Shown one piece after another: positions 1-8,442 of a stretch of DNA of 64,000 nt. The position numbers were made by a program, and so were the translations under genes. Origin of the DNA: Eubacteriales bacterium (GTDB lineage: Bacteria; Bacillota; Clostridia; Oscillospirales; CAG-272); NCBI GenBank assembly GCA_045127215.1, contig JBGVPV010000049.1, positions 230-64,229 of the forward strand, written 5' to 3'. Under the pieces are notes generated by a model. That model was not told the DNA's origin. It did no database searches and saw nothing but the letters and a program-made list of their open reading frames with translations. How positions within the stretch are numbered: the stretch's first letter is position 1; every line of letters starts with the position of its first letter.

Positions 1-847
1 TCTGATGTGTATGTCCTTCAAAAACGAGGTCAACGTATCCGTCGGAAAGCGTAATGTCGTAATAGCTTGTAATAGCAGAATTGGAAACACTGCCCGTGCC
101 TCTGTACTCAACTCCGTCGTGAACGGAAAATACTATATAATCACATCCCGCCTCACGCAAGCGCTGTGACTCTTCTTTTACAAGCGCACCAAGCTCCTTG
201 CCGGTCTTGAAATAAATATCCGCCACCTTTTCCTGACTTATGGAAGAATGGCAATCGCCAATAGCACCTATTATACCAACCTTGGCATTTCCACATTCAA
301 CTATAACAGAAGGCTCGGCAAAATCAACACGCTCATTAGTATCCTTGTAGTAAATATTGATAGCAAGAAACGGAAATTCCGCAAGCTCAGCATTGTTATA
401 TATATCCTCACGTGTCCAGTCAAACTCATGATTACCAAGGGTCATAGAAACCACTCCCAACTCGTTGAGCCATTCGGTCATCATATTACCGTTTGTGAGA
501 TTGGACTCCGCAGTTCCCTGCCACATATCTCCGCTGGCAAGAATTATGGAATGATCGTCAGCGGCGGTAGACTTCTTGAAATAAGTAGTCAGCTCATCAA
601 CTCCCGGCTGTTTGTTCGAATCAAGCAACCTTCCGTGAAGGTCATTGATAGCATAGAGGTCTATAATAACGATAACGTATTCACTGCAAATATCACAGTA
701 ATCATCAGCGTCTTTATCCACGTGAGCGGTACAAACACCGCTATTTTTGTTAAACGGATCATCCACGAACGTACAAGAACAAAGACTCAGAAGCGTGAGA
801 GCCATCAGCAAAGCCGTAATACGCTTTAAAACACAGGAAATTTTCAC
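1..847 (-). CDS. Calcineurin-like metallophosphoesterase / 5'-nucleotidase-family lipoprotein; 3' end runs off the window
   Basis: Absent from the ORF track because it is open at the window edge. My reverse-strand translation from GTG at 847 gives MKISCVLKRITALLMALTLLSLCSC (signal peptide plus lipobox Cys). DLHG, GDMWQG, GNHEFD and GHTH metallophosphoesterase motifs follow. An AAAGGA RBS lies upstream. Confidence 0.8.
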   Translation of the reverse strand, partial: MKISCVLKRITALLMALTLLSLCSCTFVDDPFNKNSGVCTAHVDKDADDYCDICSEYVIVIIDLYAINDLHGRLLDSNKQPGVDELTTYFKKSTAADDHSIILASGDMWQGTAESNLTNGNMMTEWLNELGVVSMTLGNHEFDWTREDIYNNAELAEFPFLAINIYYKDTNERVDFAEPSVIVECGNAKVGIIGAIGDCHSSISQEKVADIYFKTGKELGALVKEESQRLREAGCDYIVFSVHDGVEYRGTGSVSNSAITSYYDITLSDGYVDLVFEGHTHQ

Positions 848-880
848 GTTAAATAATTCCTTTCAACATAAAGTTAATTT

Positions 881-909
881 ATTATATCATTTTCGGGCAT
901 TATTGTCAA
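881..909 (-). promoter_or_regulatory. SigA-type promoter for the phosphoesterase gene
   Basis: On the minus strand: TTGACA (904..909), 17-nt spacer, TGATATAAT with -10 at 881..886. Confidence 0.6.
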
Positions 910-929
910 CAACGCTCCGTAAAATAAGA

Positions 930-973
930 CAAAAAACAAGAGGCTGTCGTATTTTGATTTCAGACAGCCCCTT
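930..973 (-). terminator. Intrinsic terminator of the PRTase-like gene
   Basis: Minus-strand RNA AAGGGGCUGUC...GACAGCCUCUU forms 11 bp including one G-U that would be A-C on the plus strand. It is followed by GUUUUUUG. Confidence 0.7.
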
Positions 974-983
974 ATATCGTATA

Positions 984-1625
984 TTAAAGTTTAGAATATC
1001 CAAAGGTGTTTATAAGTGCGTTTATCTTTTTACCCTCTTTACAGAGCGGGCAATCGTGCGACTGATAGGATGCGTAACCGTCAAGGTCATTGGGATCGAA
1101 TATCGATCGAACCTTTGTACCCATGCACTCTTCAACCGTTGCAAATATAGACGCGATACCTGCAACCTGTCCGCCGTAATAGCGTATAGCCTCCATCGCA
1201 GAGCGCGCCGTATATCCCGTTACCACGGATGATGCGAGGATAAGCACGTTCTTGCCGTTTATCATAGACGTCATATTATCACGGAAGATAAGCTGGCTGC
1301 TTGCGGTATGCTCGGGAGTCAGAACGTATATGGTCTGATGGGCATTCATATTTACAAAATCTTCTTTTGTAAGCTCCTGGGCAAGACAAGTACCTATTAC
1401 CTCCATTCCGTCAAGACAAAGAATGGTATCCACGATGGTATTGGTCTTATAATAGGAGACAAGTGCCTTTGCTACGGCAGAAGCCTCGGTAAGACGCGAT
1501 TTCTGAACGGAAACGTCGATGTAATAATTGGTATGGCTATGGCTTGTCGCAAAGTGTCCGCGAGCCACGCGCAAAAAAAGATTTTTCTGTTTTGTACGAA
1601 TTTTCAAAGTGTCATTGGTAGGCAT
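984..1625 (-). CDS. Phosphoribosyltransferase-fold protein (OPRT-like) with a non-canonical PRPP loop
   Basis: 213 aa. The PRPP-loop-like block is GKNVLILASSVVTGYTARSA. C-terminal HDCPLCKEG. RBS AAGGGG upstream. Confidence 0.65.
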   Translation of the reverse strand: MPTNDTLKIRTKQKNLFLRVARGHFATSHSHTNYYIDVSVQKSRLTEASAVAKALVSYYKTNTIVDTILCLDGMEVIGTCLAQELTKEDFVNMNAHQTIYVLTPEHTASSQLIFRDNMTSMINGKNVLILASSVVTGYTARSAMEAIRYYGGQVAGIASIFATVEECMGTKVRSIFDPNDLDGYASYQSHDCPLCKEGKKINALINTFGYSKL

Positions 1626-1648
1626 GATTTTTTACCCCTTTTTTTGAA

Positions 1649-1677
1649 ATTATATCACACAATTTTCAAGATGTCAA
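1649..1677 (-). promoter_or_regulatory. SigA-type promoter for the PRTase-like gene
   Basis: Minus strand: TTGACA (1672..1677), 17 nt, TGATATAAT with -10 at 1649..1654. Confidence 0.6.
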
Positions 1678-1718
1678 GTTTATTGACGAGATAAAATGCA
1701 ATATTAGATAATTTGCGA

Positions 1719-1760
1719 CAAAAAATTTCGGAGAAGCTTACAAACAAAAAAGCTTCTCCG
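1719..1760 (-). terminator. Intrinsic terminator
   Basis: 11-bp stem CGGAGAAGCTT/AAGCTTCTCCG (1729..1739 and 1750..1760), followed by a U-tract on the minus strand. Confidence 0.7.
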
Positions 1761-1766
1761 AATATC

Positions 1767-2531
1767 CTATGTATCTGATTGTGTGTCCGCACCGTATTCA
1801 ACGATTGCAATAAACGTCTTCTTTTCGCGTGCGTAAAACTCTTCCTTACTGCTCTTTCCGCCCTTCCACAAGGGCTTGAAAAGGCATATTACCGTATCCG
1901 CAGGCATATTTCTCATAACGCCATAGTCACGGTAAAGCTCAGTATCTCCAAGTCTTATGCCGTACTCGCCGCAGGCACTATCCGGCACGTAACCAAGCAC
2001 GTCAGAAAGCTTCTGAAGTCTTACCTTTTCGGGATCGGGATTTGCGATCAGCGCTTCATACAACCACGGCTCAAGAAAAGCGACCGAGCTCTCACCTGTC
2101 TGAATATAGCTGTGATAAGTCGCCGATTGCGAGGTATAATAGTTAGTATCAACGAAGATGGGTTTTCCGTTTTCGTCGGTCTTTTTCTTTTCCTCGCGTA
2201 TCTGCTCCTCGGAAAGAATATTATACTTACTCATTGCAAAATTCTTATTACCGTCGCCGTCAAAATCCTCGTTCACGATCCCCGCAATAACAGTGCAGAT
2301 ATCGTCCGCGTCCTTTGCGGAAAGCGCCGCGCTTCCCGAGTACAAAATAATAAGATCCTCGCTCTCCCTGTTACACATCTGCAAGCCGCCTACAAGTCCT
2401 ACGATAAGGAAAAAGCACACGACTATCGTAGGCCATTTATAGTGATACCAGTAGTTATCAAGCCAGCCGAGAAATCCGCCGCTGACCTTGATACCCTCGG
2501 TATATTCCTTATCACGTCTATTTTCTTCCAT
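1767..2531 (-). CDS. Membrane-anchored hypothetical protein
   Basis: ORF 1767..2543 trimmed to the ATG at 2531, which has GAGG 6 nt upstream. A single N-terminal TM (WPTIVVCFFLIVGLVGGL) is followed by a soluble domain. I recognise no family motif. Confidence 0.6.
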   Translation of the reverse strand: MEENRRDKEYTEGIKVSGGFLGWLDNYWYHYKWPTIVVCFFLIVGLVGGLQMCNRESEDLIILYSGSAALSAKDADDICTVIAGIVNEDFDGDGNKNFAMSKYNILSEEQIREEKKKTDENGKPIFVDTNYYTSQSATYHSYIQTGESSVAFLEPWLYEALIANPDPEKVRLQKLSDVLGYVPDSACGEYGIRLGDTELYRDYGVMRNMPADTVICLFKPLWKGGKSSKEEFYAREKKTFIAIVEYGADTQSDT

Positions 2532-2559
2532 TTTCAACCTCACAAATTACAGCTTTTAA

Positions 2560-2605
2560 ATATTGGGGGACGCGCAGATACTGCCGCCGTCCCCCAATTT
2601 TTATA
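2560..2605. terminator. GC-rich hairpin downstream of greA (possibly bidirectional)
   Basis: TTGGGGGACG (2565..2574) pairs with CGTCCCCCAA (2590..2599). The T-run is on the plus side; UAUUUAAAA follows on the minus side. Confidence 0.5.
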
Positions 2606-2623
2606 TCTTGCGTATATCGAAGA

Positions 2624-3097
2624 TTACTTGTTTCTCCAAACCTCAAGGATCTCTATCTCAACAGCTCCAGAATTTGCCTGAGCGATAACCTTATCGCCTG
2701 CAACCTTACCAACGATAGCCTTACCGATCACGGAAAGATCGGAGATCTTATTCTCAAAGGGATTTGCCTCGTTAGAACCAACGATACTGTAAGTAATCTC
2801 AACGCCGTTCTTCTTGAGTCTTACGTTAGAGCCAAGTCCAACAACGCCCTCATCCATATCGTCACCGCTTGTAACCTCAGCGTTCTGGATAAGCTCCTCA
2901 AGCTCCTTGATTCTTGCCTCAACCTTAGCCTGCTCGTTTCTTGCCTCGTCATACTCGGAGTTCTCGGAAAGGTCACCAAAGCTTCTTGCCTCGGCAATAG
3001 CGCGCTTTACCTCGTCTCTCTTTACCTTTGTAAGAAACTCATACTCATCGTTAAGCTTCTGAAAGCCTTCTTTTGTATACTTCTGCTTATCTGCCAT
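2624..3097 (-). CDS. greA: Transcription elongation factor GreA
   Basis: 157 aa with an N-terminal coiled coil containing SFGDLSENSEYDEAR, and the GreA C-terminal domain. Confidence 0.95.
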   Translation of the reverse strand: MADKQKYTKEGFQKLNDEYEFLTKVKRDEVKRAIAEARSFGDLSENSEYDEARNEQAKVEARIKELEELIQNAEVTSGDDMDEGVVGLGSNVRLKKNGVEITYSIVGSNEANPFENKISDLSVIGKAIVGKVAGDKVIAQANSGAVEIEILEVWRNK

Positions 3098-3117
3098 GAT
3101 ATTTATCTCCTTAAAAT

Positions 3118-4560
3118 TTATTTAAAATATTTAACAGCCTCTACAAGCTGATTGTCAACTGATTTACCTAACAACTCAAAAGAACTATATCTTCTCGCTT
3201 CCTCGGAAAGCTCTACCGTAACGTTCGGAACGATACCGATGCCGTCGTAGCCTTCACCGCACGGGGGGAAATACTTAAACACCGTCATTTTAAGAACTCC
3301 GGAAATTCCGTAATACGCAAGTGAAAGATATCTTTGCACCGTGCCCTTACCGTAAGTGGTGGCTCCGATAATCGGCGCGATGTTATAATCTCTGAAGTTG
3401 GCAACGAAAAGCTCTGCCGCGCTGGCAGTATTTTCATTGCAAAGCACTACGCAGTTAAGTCCCTTATATTTTGCGATATCCTGCTTGGATACCGGGCAGT
3501 CTATCTCGGAGTTCGGGTCATCCACCGCAACTTTAACGATAGTTTCGGAAACGTTATCCGCGTTATCCTTTGTTGATATCACGAGCTTTCCCTCATCCAA
3601 AAAACGACTGAGGACCGCCACGATAGAGGTAAGCTCGCCGCCGGGATTATCTCTGAGGTCAAAAACAAACTTATCACAACCCTCTGCCTTCAGCGCCTCG
3701 ATCGCCTCGTCAAACTGAATGGGAGTGGTATGATTAAATGAATTTATTTTAACAATTCCCGTCTTACCCGTAGGATCAACGTCAGCGTCTACCTTCTTAT
3801 AAGTTACGGAATAATCAACGTACTCATCTCGGACGATACTGAAAAACTTAAGCTCGTAATCAGTTTCCTGAGGTCTGTATGCCGCAAATTCGGCTACGGT
3901 TCCCTTTTCACCGCGAAGCCTATTCAGTGCCGTGTCATATCCGGTGACGTTAAGCGTCGTATTTTCCTGAGCGTTACCGATAGCTACTACGAAGTCGCCG
4001 GGAAGCACTCCTGCCTTATGTGCGGGAGCATCCTTGACTACATCAACTACCTTCATTGCTTTATATTCGACACCGCCGACCGTGACCGAGCTTTCAATGA
4101 CCCTGACTCCGATACCCACGGAATTTCCGAGCATTGAGGAATTGACCAGCTCAGCGTACTCCTCGTCGGTATAATACGCCGCGTATCTGTCTCCCGTAGC
4201 GTTCACGTACGCTTTGAGAAGCTGTATCTTTACCTCTTCGTTATCGATATCCTCAAACGTATAGTTCTTGAATATCATATCAAGGGTAGCAATGTCCGCA
4301 TAAACGGAATCATCCAGCGCAACACCGGGCTTAGCGCCGCCTAAGATCTGATCTACATATTTATTTTTGAAAAAGCTGCTGCAAGCCGTGAGGGTGATCA
4401 TTACCACTACCAAGCAAATCGCAATGCAGCTGCATACGAACGTAGATATGCTTATACGACCTTTGGATGAGGTGCTTTCCACAGATTTGGCAGTATCACT
4501 ATTTTGTGTTTGAGGTACGACATCCTCAGATATCTCAAAATCGTTTTTATTTTCTTCCAT
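3118..4560 (-). CDS. S41 family C-terminal processing peptidase, membrane anchored
   Basis: 480 aa with an N-terminal TM, a PDZ-like segment (GVLPGDFVVAIG), and the S41 blocks DLRDNPGGEL and TASAAELF. Confidence 0.9.
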   Translation of the reverse strand: MEENKNDFEISEDVVPQTQNSDTAKSVESTSSKGRISISTFVCSCIAICLVVVMITLTACSSFFKNKYVDQILGGAKPGVALDDSVYADIATLDMIFKNYTFEDIDNEEVKIQLLKAYVNATGDRYAAYYTDEEYAELVNSSMLGNSVGIGVRVIESSVTVGGVEYKAMKVVDVVKDAPAHKAGVLPGDFVVAIGNAQENTTLNVTGYDTALNRLRGEKGTVAEFAAYRPQETDYELKFFSIVRDEYVDYSVTYKKVDADVDPTGKTGIVKINSFNHTTPIQFDEAIEALKAEGCDKFVFDLRDNPGGELTSIVAVLSRFLDEGKLVISTKDNADNVSETIVKVAVDDPNSEIDCPVSKQDIAKYKGLNCVVLCNENTASAAELFVANFRDYNIAPIIGATTYGKGTVQRYLSLAYYGISGVLKMTVFKYFPPCGEGYDGIGIVPNVTVELSEEARRYSSFELLGKSVDNQLVEAVKYFK

Positions 4561-4639
4561 AACTGTAAAATTATCTCTCTTTCGTTATTTTCCTTTAATT
4601 ATATGCCCGCAAACGCTCAAAAAAATCAATCGCAGGACA

Positions 4640-4677
4640 TTCAAAAGCGAAATACTCCGCAAACGACGGAGTATTCC
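4640..4677 (-). terminator. Intrinsic terminator
   Basis: Minus RNA GGAAUACUCCG-loop-CGGAGUAUUUC, followed by GCUUUUG. Confidence 0.6.
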
Positions 4678-4703
4678 GCAAAAAGACATTAAAGGCGGTT
4701 ATA

Positions 4704-5789
4704 TCAATACTTTACAGGCTTGGAATCAAGATACTTTCTTACCATGAGCGCTACCTTGAAGGTGATAGCATGCTCAAACTCACGCAGATCAAGTCCTGTG
4801 AGCTTACGAATCTTTTCAAGTCTGTAAACCAGGGTGTTTCTGTGTACGAACAGCTTTCTTGAGGTTTCGGATACGTTGAGGTTATTCTCAAAGAAGCACT
4901 GAATCGTCATAAGAGTTTCACGGTCAAGAGACTCAAGATTTCCCTTCTTGAATACCTCCTGCAAGAACATCTCGCAAAGAGTTGTAGGAAGCTGGTAAAT
5001 AAGACGGCCGATACCGAGATTTTCGTAGCTTATGATATTCTTCTCAGTCTCAAACACCTTACCGACCTCAAGAGCTACCTGAGCCTCCTGATATGCCTTT
5101 GCAAGATCCTTGATATTGTCAACTACCGTGGAAATACCGATAGCGACCTTAGTATAAAATTCAGTTGAAAGCGTGTCCGCAATATTTACGGCGATCTTTT
5201 CGATCTCCTTCATATCAAGAGCCGTCTTAAGCTCCTTAACGAGTACGATATCACGCTCACCCACGCTTATTACATAATCGTGGGACTTATCGGGAAACAT
5301 ATTCTGGAGCATCTCAAAGGGCATCATATCGGTCTTGCCGAAGAACTTGATGAGGAATACTATTCTCATCTCCTCGGTATTGAAATGAAGCTCCTTGGAC
5401 TTTATGTATATATCACTGGGAAGAATGTTATCGAGTATAATATTTTTGATAAAGGAGCCCTTATCGTACTTTTCGTCGTAAAGTCCCTTGATGTTTCCAA
5501 GAGAAACTGCGAGAAGCTTGGACATCTTCTCTGCCATCTTGTCCTCGCCTTCAACGAAAACGATATATTCGCTCTTCTGACCCGTACCCATATAACGATA
5601 GGTATATCCGCCGGTTGCCATAACCTCCGTAGAGAAAGCAAGCTCCTCGCGCACTCCCTGTCTGATATCTCCCATTTTGCCGAGATCCGAACAAGAAATG
5701 ACTACACCGTTTTCGTCAATAACACCGATAACGCGGTCAAATGCGTCCTTCATCTGATAAATTACACCCTGAAACAGTCTGTTTGACAT
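4704..5789 (-). CDS. PucR/CdaR-family transcriptional regulator
   Basis: 361 aa. C-terminal PucR-type HTH: NVSETSRKLFVHRNTLVYRLEKIRKLTGLDL. Confidence 0.85.
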   Translation of the reverse strand: MSNRLFQGVIYQMKDAFDRVIGVIDENGVVISCSDLGKMGDIRQGVREELAFSTEVMATGGYTYRYMGTGQKSEYIVFVEGEDKMAEKMSKLLAVSLGNIKGLYDEKYDKGSFIKNIILDNILPSDIYIKSKELHFNTEEMRIVFLIKFFGKTDMMPFEMLQNMFPDKSHDYVISVGERDIVLVKELKTALDMKEIEKIAVNIADTLSTEFYTKVAIGISTVVDNIKDLAKAYQEAQVALEVGKVFETEKNIISYENLGIGRLIYQLPTTLCEMFLQEVFKKGNLESLDRETLMTIQCFFENNLNVSETSRKLFVHRNTLVYRLEKIRKLTGLDLREFEHAITFKVALMVRKYLDSKPVKY

Positions 5790-5964
5790 ATTTTTTAACC
5801 TCTCCGCCTTTTTTATTTAAAATTCGCATTGTATATATTACCCTATATTATATACTACTTTTTGTACTTTTTCAATAGGATTTCGAATATTTTTTATAAA
5901 AGTTTACAATTTTTTTTATTTAAATTGTTAAATAAGTAAATCTTGTTGTGCAAAAACACAAATA

Positions 5965-6723
5965 TTACGTAAGCTCCGTTGACATAATAATACATGAAAG
6001 TGCGAAAATAGGTGCGGTTTCGGTTCTGAGTATACGGTTTCCAAGCCCCACGGAGGTCATTCCCGCCTCTGTCGCGCACCTTACCTCCTCGGGTGAAAAG
6101 CCCCCTTCACTTCCGACTATAACTGCAATATCGGGTAAAGGCTTGCCATTATTTTCTCTTACAAAATTCTCAAGCACACGACCGATGGGCATGGCACGCT
6201 CCGCCTCATAGCAAAGAAGCGCGAGCCCCGCCTCAGATGCCTCGCGGATCATCTGATCAAACGAAACGGTGGGACTTACAGTCGGCAGCATACTTCTGCC
6301 GCTCTGCTTTGCCGCTTCCTCAGCGATACGCGCGCGACGCTGAGTTTTTCTTTCCTCTGCGTCAGCTTTGACCTTGACGATACAACGTTCGCTTTCAAAC
6401 GGCACGATACGTGACGCGCCGCACTCAACCGCTTTTTGTATAACGGTATCGAGCTTATCTCCCTTGGGAAGCGCCTGAAACAGCGTTATTTTGCACTTAG
6501 GCTCGGTGCTTGACGGATCTACTCGAATAACTGTCGCTCTGACCTCCCGATCCTCATCAAAAGCTTCTATCTTACAGGTATATTCGTCTCCGCTACGGTC
6601 ACAAACCGTTAAAGTCTCTCCCACAGCCATTCTGAGTGAACGGGCTATATGGTGAGCGTCATCACCCGTAAGCACTACCGTATTTTCATTTATCTGTTCA
6701 TCATTTACAAAAAAACGAGGCAT
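5965..6723 (-). CDS. rsmE: 16S rRNA (uracil1498-N3)-methyltransferase RsmE
   Basis: 252 aa with the MPRFFV N-terminus, a PUA-like domain and a SPOUT C-terminal region (IVGSEGGFSPEE). Confidence 0.9.
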   Translation of the reverse strand: MPRFFVNDEQINENTVVLTGDDAHHIARSLRMAVGETLTVCDRSGDEYTCKIEAFDEDREVRATVIRVDPSSTEPKCKITLFQALPKGDKLDTVIQKAVECGASRIVPFESERCIVKVKADAEERKTQRRARIAEEAAKQSGRSMLPTVSPTVSFDQMIREASEAGLALLCYEAERAMPIGRVLENFVRENNGKPLPDIAVIVGSEGGFSPEEVRCATEAGMTSVGLGNRILRTETAPIFALSCIIMSTELT

Positions 6724-6822
6724 TGTATTCCCCCTTAAATATATATTGAATTTATTATATCATTTCAAGCAGTTTTTTTCAATAGCCTACCGCAAAAAAA
6801 TACTCCACGGAGGTACAAAAAT

Positions 6823-8067
6823 ATGAGGCAAACAAATTTTCAAAATAAGCTTATAGATACGTTTTTTAATGTAATACTTGCAGGCACGCTTGTTTCTCTT
6901 GTCGCGGCTCTGCTCTACTACGTTTATGCCTTTGCCGCGTTATCGACGGGCGACCACTCGTTTGATTGGTTGCTTGGCGTATTCTCAGACTTCGTATATA
7001 TAATGGACGTATCTCTCGGAAAAAGCCCGTACGTCGCGGCAAACTCCTCGTATCCACCGTTTGCCATAATTATTCTTTACCCGTTCGCTCTGATCTGCAA
7101 AAACGTATTCGCAAAATACTCGGGGATGCCGCTGACTACCGACGAGCTTACCTCGCGCGTTATACTTCACGGAGAATTTTGGATATCCATCGTTTTATTT
7201 TTTATACTTTGCTCTGCCGCAATAGTCATCTCGCTGACCGCGCTTTACCGTCCGACTCCGAAGACTGCGTTAAAGCTCGGCGTTGTTACGCTCACCTCAG
7301 CACCTTTTATCTTTACTGTGATACGAGGAAATACGATATATTTCGCCCTCATATTTACCGTGCTGTTTTTCATACTCAAAAAAAGCAAGTACGCGGCAGT
7401 ACGGGAGCTTGGATATCTTTGTCTTGTTCTTGCGGGGCTTATCAAGATATATCCCCTTTTCTTCGGAGTTTTTCTGCTGTCCGAAAGAAAAATATGGGCA
7501 TCCATCAGGATCGCTCTGTACTCCGTAATACTTTTCTTCGCTTCATTCCTCATCTTCAGAGGGGCTGAGGATCTGATGCCTTTTTTCGAAAATCTCGGTG
7601 GATTTGCCTCAAACGATACGCGGCTTACAGCTCCTAACAACCTCTCCCTCGCCTCGCTGTTAAATAAATTTATCGGTCTATTTACCGATGGCAATAAGGG
7701 TAACGCATTTGGGGCTGTGGTAGGTGCAGTTCTCGGCATAGTATTTGTCATTTGTGCCGTCGCCGCCATCATTACAAAAAACCAGCTTTCAAAATACGTC
7801 ATCTCCGGTGCGGCTATTATCCTGATCCCACCCATATCGTATTTTTACGTGCTTATATTCACGATACTGCCGTTTCTCGAATTTCTCAAAGATTACGAAC
7901 GCATACAAGCCGGCAAACGAAAGTTTTATACCCTTGCATTTCTCTTTCTTTTCCTGATGCCAACGATGGTCGCTCAAAACTATATAATCCATTCTCTTTT
8001 GATCCTTACGATGCTTTTATGGGAAATAGTAAGCGTTTGCAGGGAGCGAATACCCGACACAATATAA
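6823..8067 (+). CDS. Polytopic integral membrane protein of unknown function (GT-C-like topology is only a guess)
   Basis: 414 aa with about 10 or more hydrophobic spans. A GGAGG RBS lies 8 nt upstream. Confidence 0.6.
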   Translation: MRQTNFQNKLIDTFFNVILAGTLVSLVAALLYYVYAFAALSTGDHSFDWLLGVFSDFVYIMDVSLGKSPYVAANSSYPPFAIIILYPFALICKNVFAKYSGMPLTTDELTSRVILHGEFWISIVLFFILCSAAIVISLTALYRPTPKTALKLGVVTLTSAPFIFTVIRGNTIYFALIFTVLFFILKKSKYAAVRELGYLCLVLAGLIKIYPLFFGVFLLSERKIWASIRIALYSVILFFASFLIFRGAEDLMPFFENLGGFASNDTRLTAPNNLSLASLLNKFIGLFTDGNKGNAFGAVVGAVLGIVFVICAVAAIITKNQLSKYVISGAAIILIPPISYFYVLIFTILPFLEFLKDYERIQAGKRKFYTLAFLFLFLMPTMVAQNYIIHSLLILTMLLWEIVSVCRERIPDTI

Positions 8068-8078
8068 ATATAATGGTA

Positions 8079-8118
8079 AAAAGCCTTGTTTTTTAAGTCA
8101 AAATAAAGGCTTTTTTCT
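8079..8118 (+). terminator. Intrinsic terminator
   Basis: AAAGCCTT...AAGGCTTTTTT with a T-run at 8111..8117. Confidence 0.6.
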
Positions 8119-8129
8119 TTTTGTTACTA

Positions 8130-8158
8130 TTGACAATAGAAAGAAAATATGATATAAT
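8130..8158 (+). promoter_or_regulatory. SigA-type promoter of the valS leader
   Basis: TTGACA (8130..8135), 17 nt, TGATATAAT with -10 at 8153..8158. Confidence 0.65.
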
Positions 8159-8164
8159 ACGAGT

Positions 8165-8400
8165 TGTATATTTCAAACGCTTTGACGAAGAGTAGTACTC
8201 GGGAATATTGCTTCAGAGAGCGGACGGTTGGTGTGAGTCCGCGCAAGATACCGATGAAGTCGCTTCCGAGCGGTGCGGGTGAATTCAGTAGTCCGCAACG
8301 GCGTCTCCGTTATAGACTCACGAGATGATGCAAGGTATATTTGCGTCAAGTCAGGTGGTACCGCGTGCTTCACGCCCTGATGGGTGTTGAGGCTTTTTTT
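8165..8400 (+). promoter_or_regulatory. T-box leader (tRNA-Val sensing) with terminator/antiterminator
   Basis: Stem I elements AGAGUAG, AGAGAG and GGUGUGAG. Specifier-loop context GAA-GUC-G (GUC at 8259..8261, Val). The T-box sequence AGGUGGUACCGCG lies at about 8353..8365. The terminator helix ends in U7 at 8394..8400. Directly upstream of valS. Confidence 0.85.
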
Positions 8401-8442
8401 ATGCTTATTTTTTAATTTTTTCACATATTTAAGGAGGTCAAA

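Noticed and set aside
248-829. 193-aa plus-strand ORF from the ORF track
   Set aside because: It lies antisense to a clearly real metallophosphoesterase gene that carries the GNHEFD and GHTH motifs and runs off the window edge. Its own sequence is low-complexity with no motifs or RBS.
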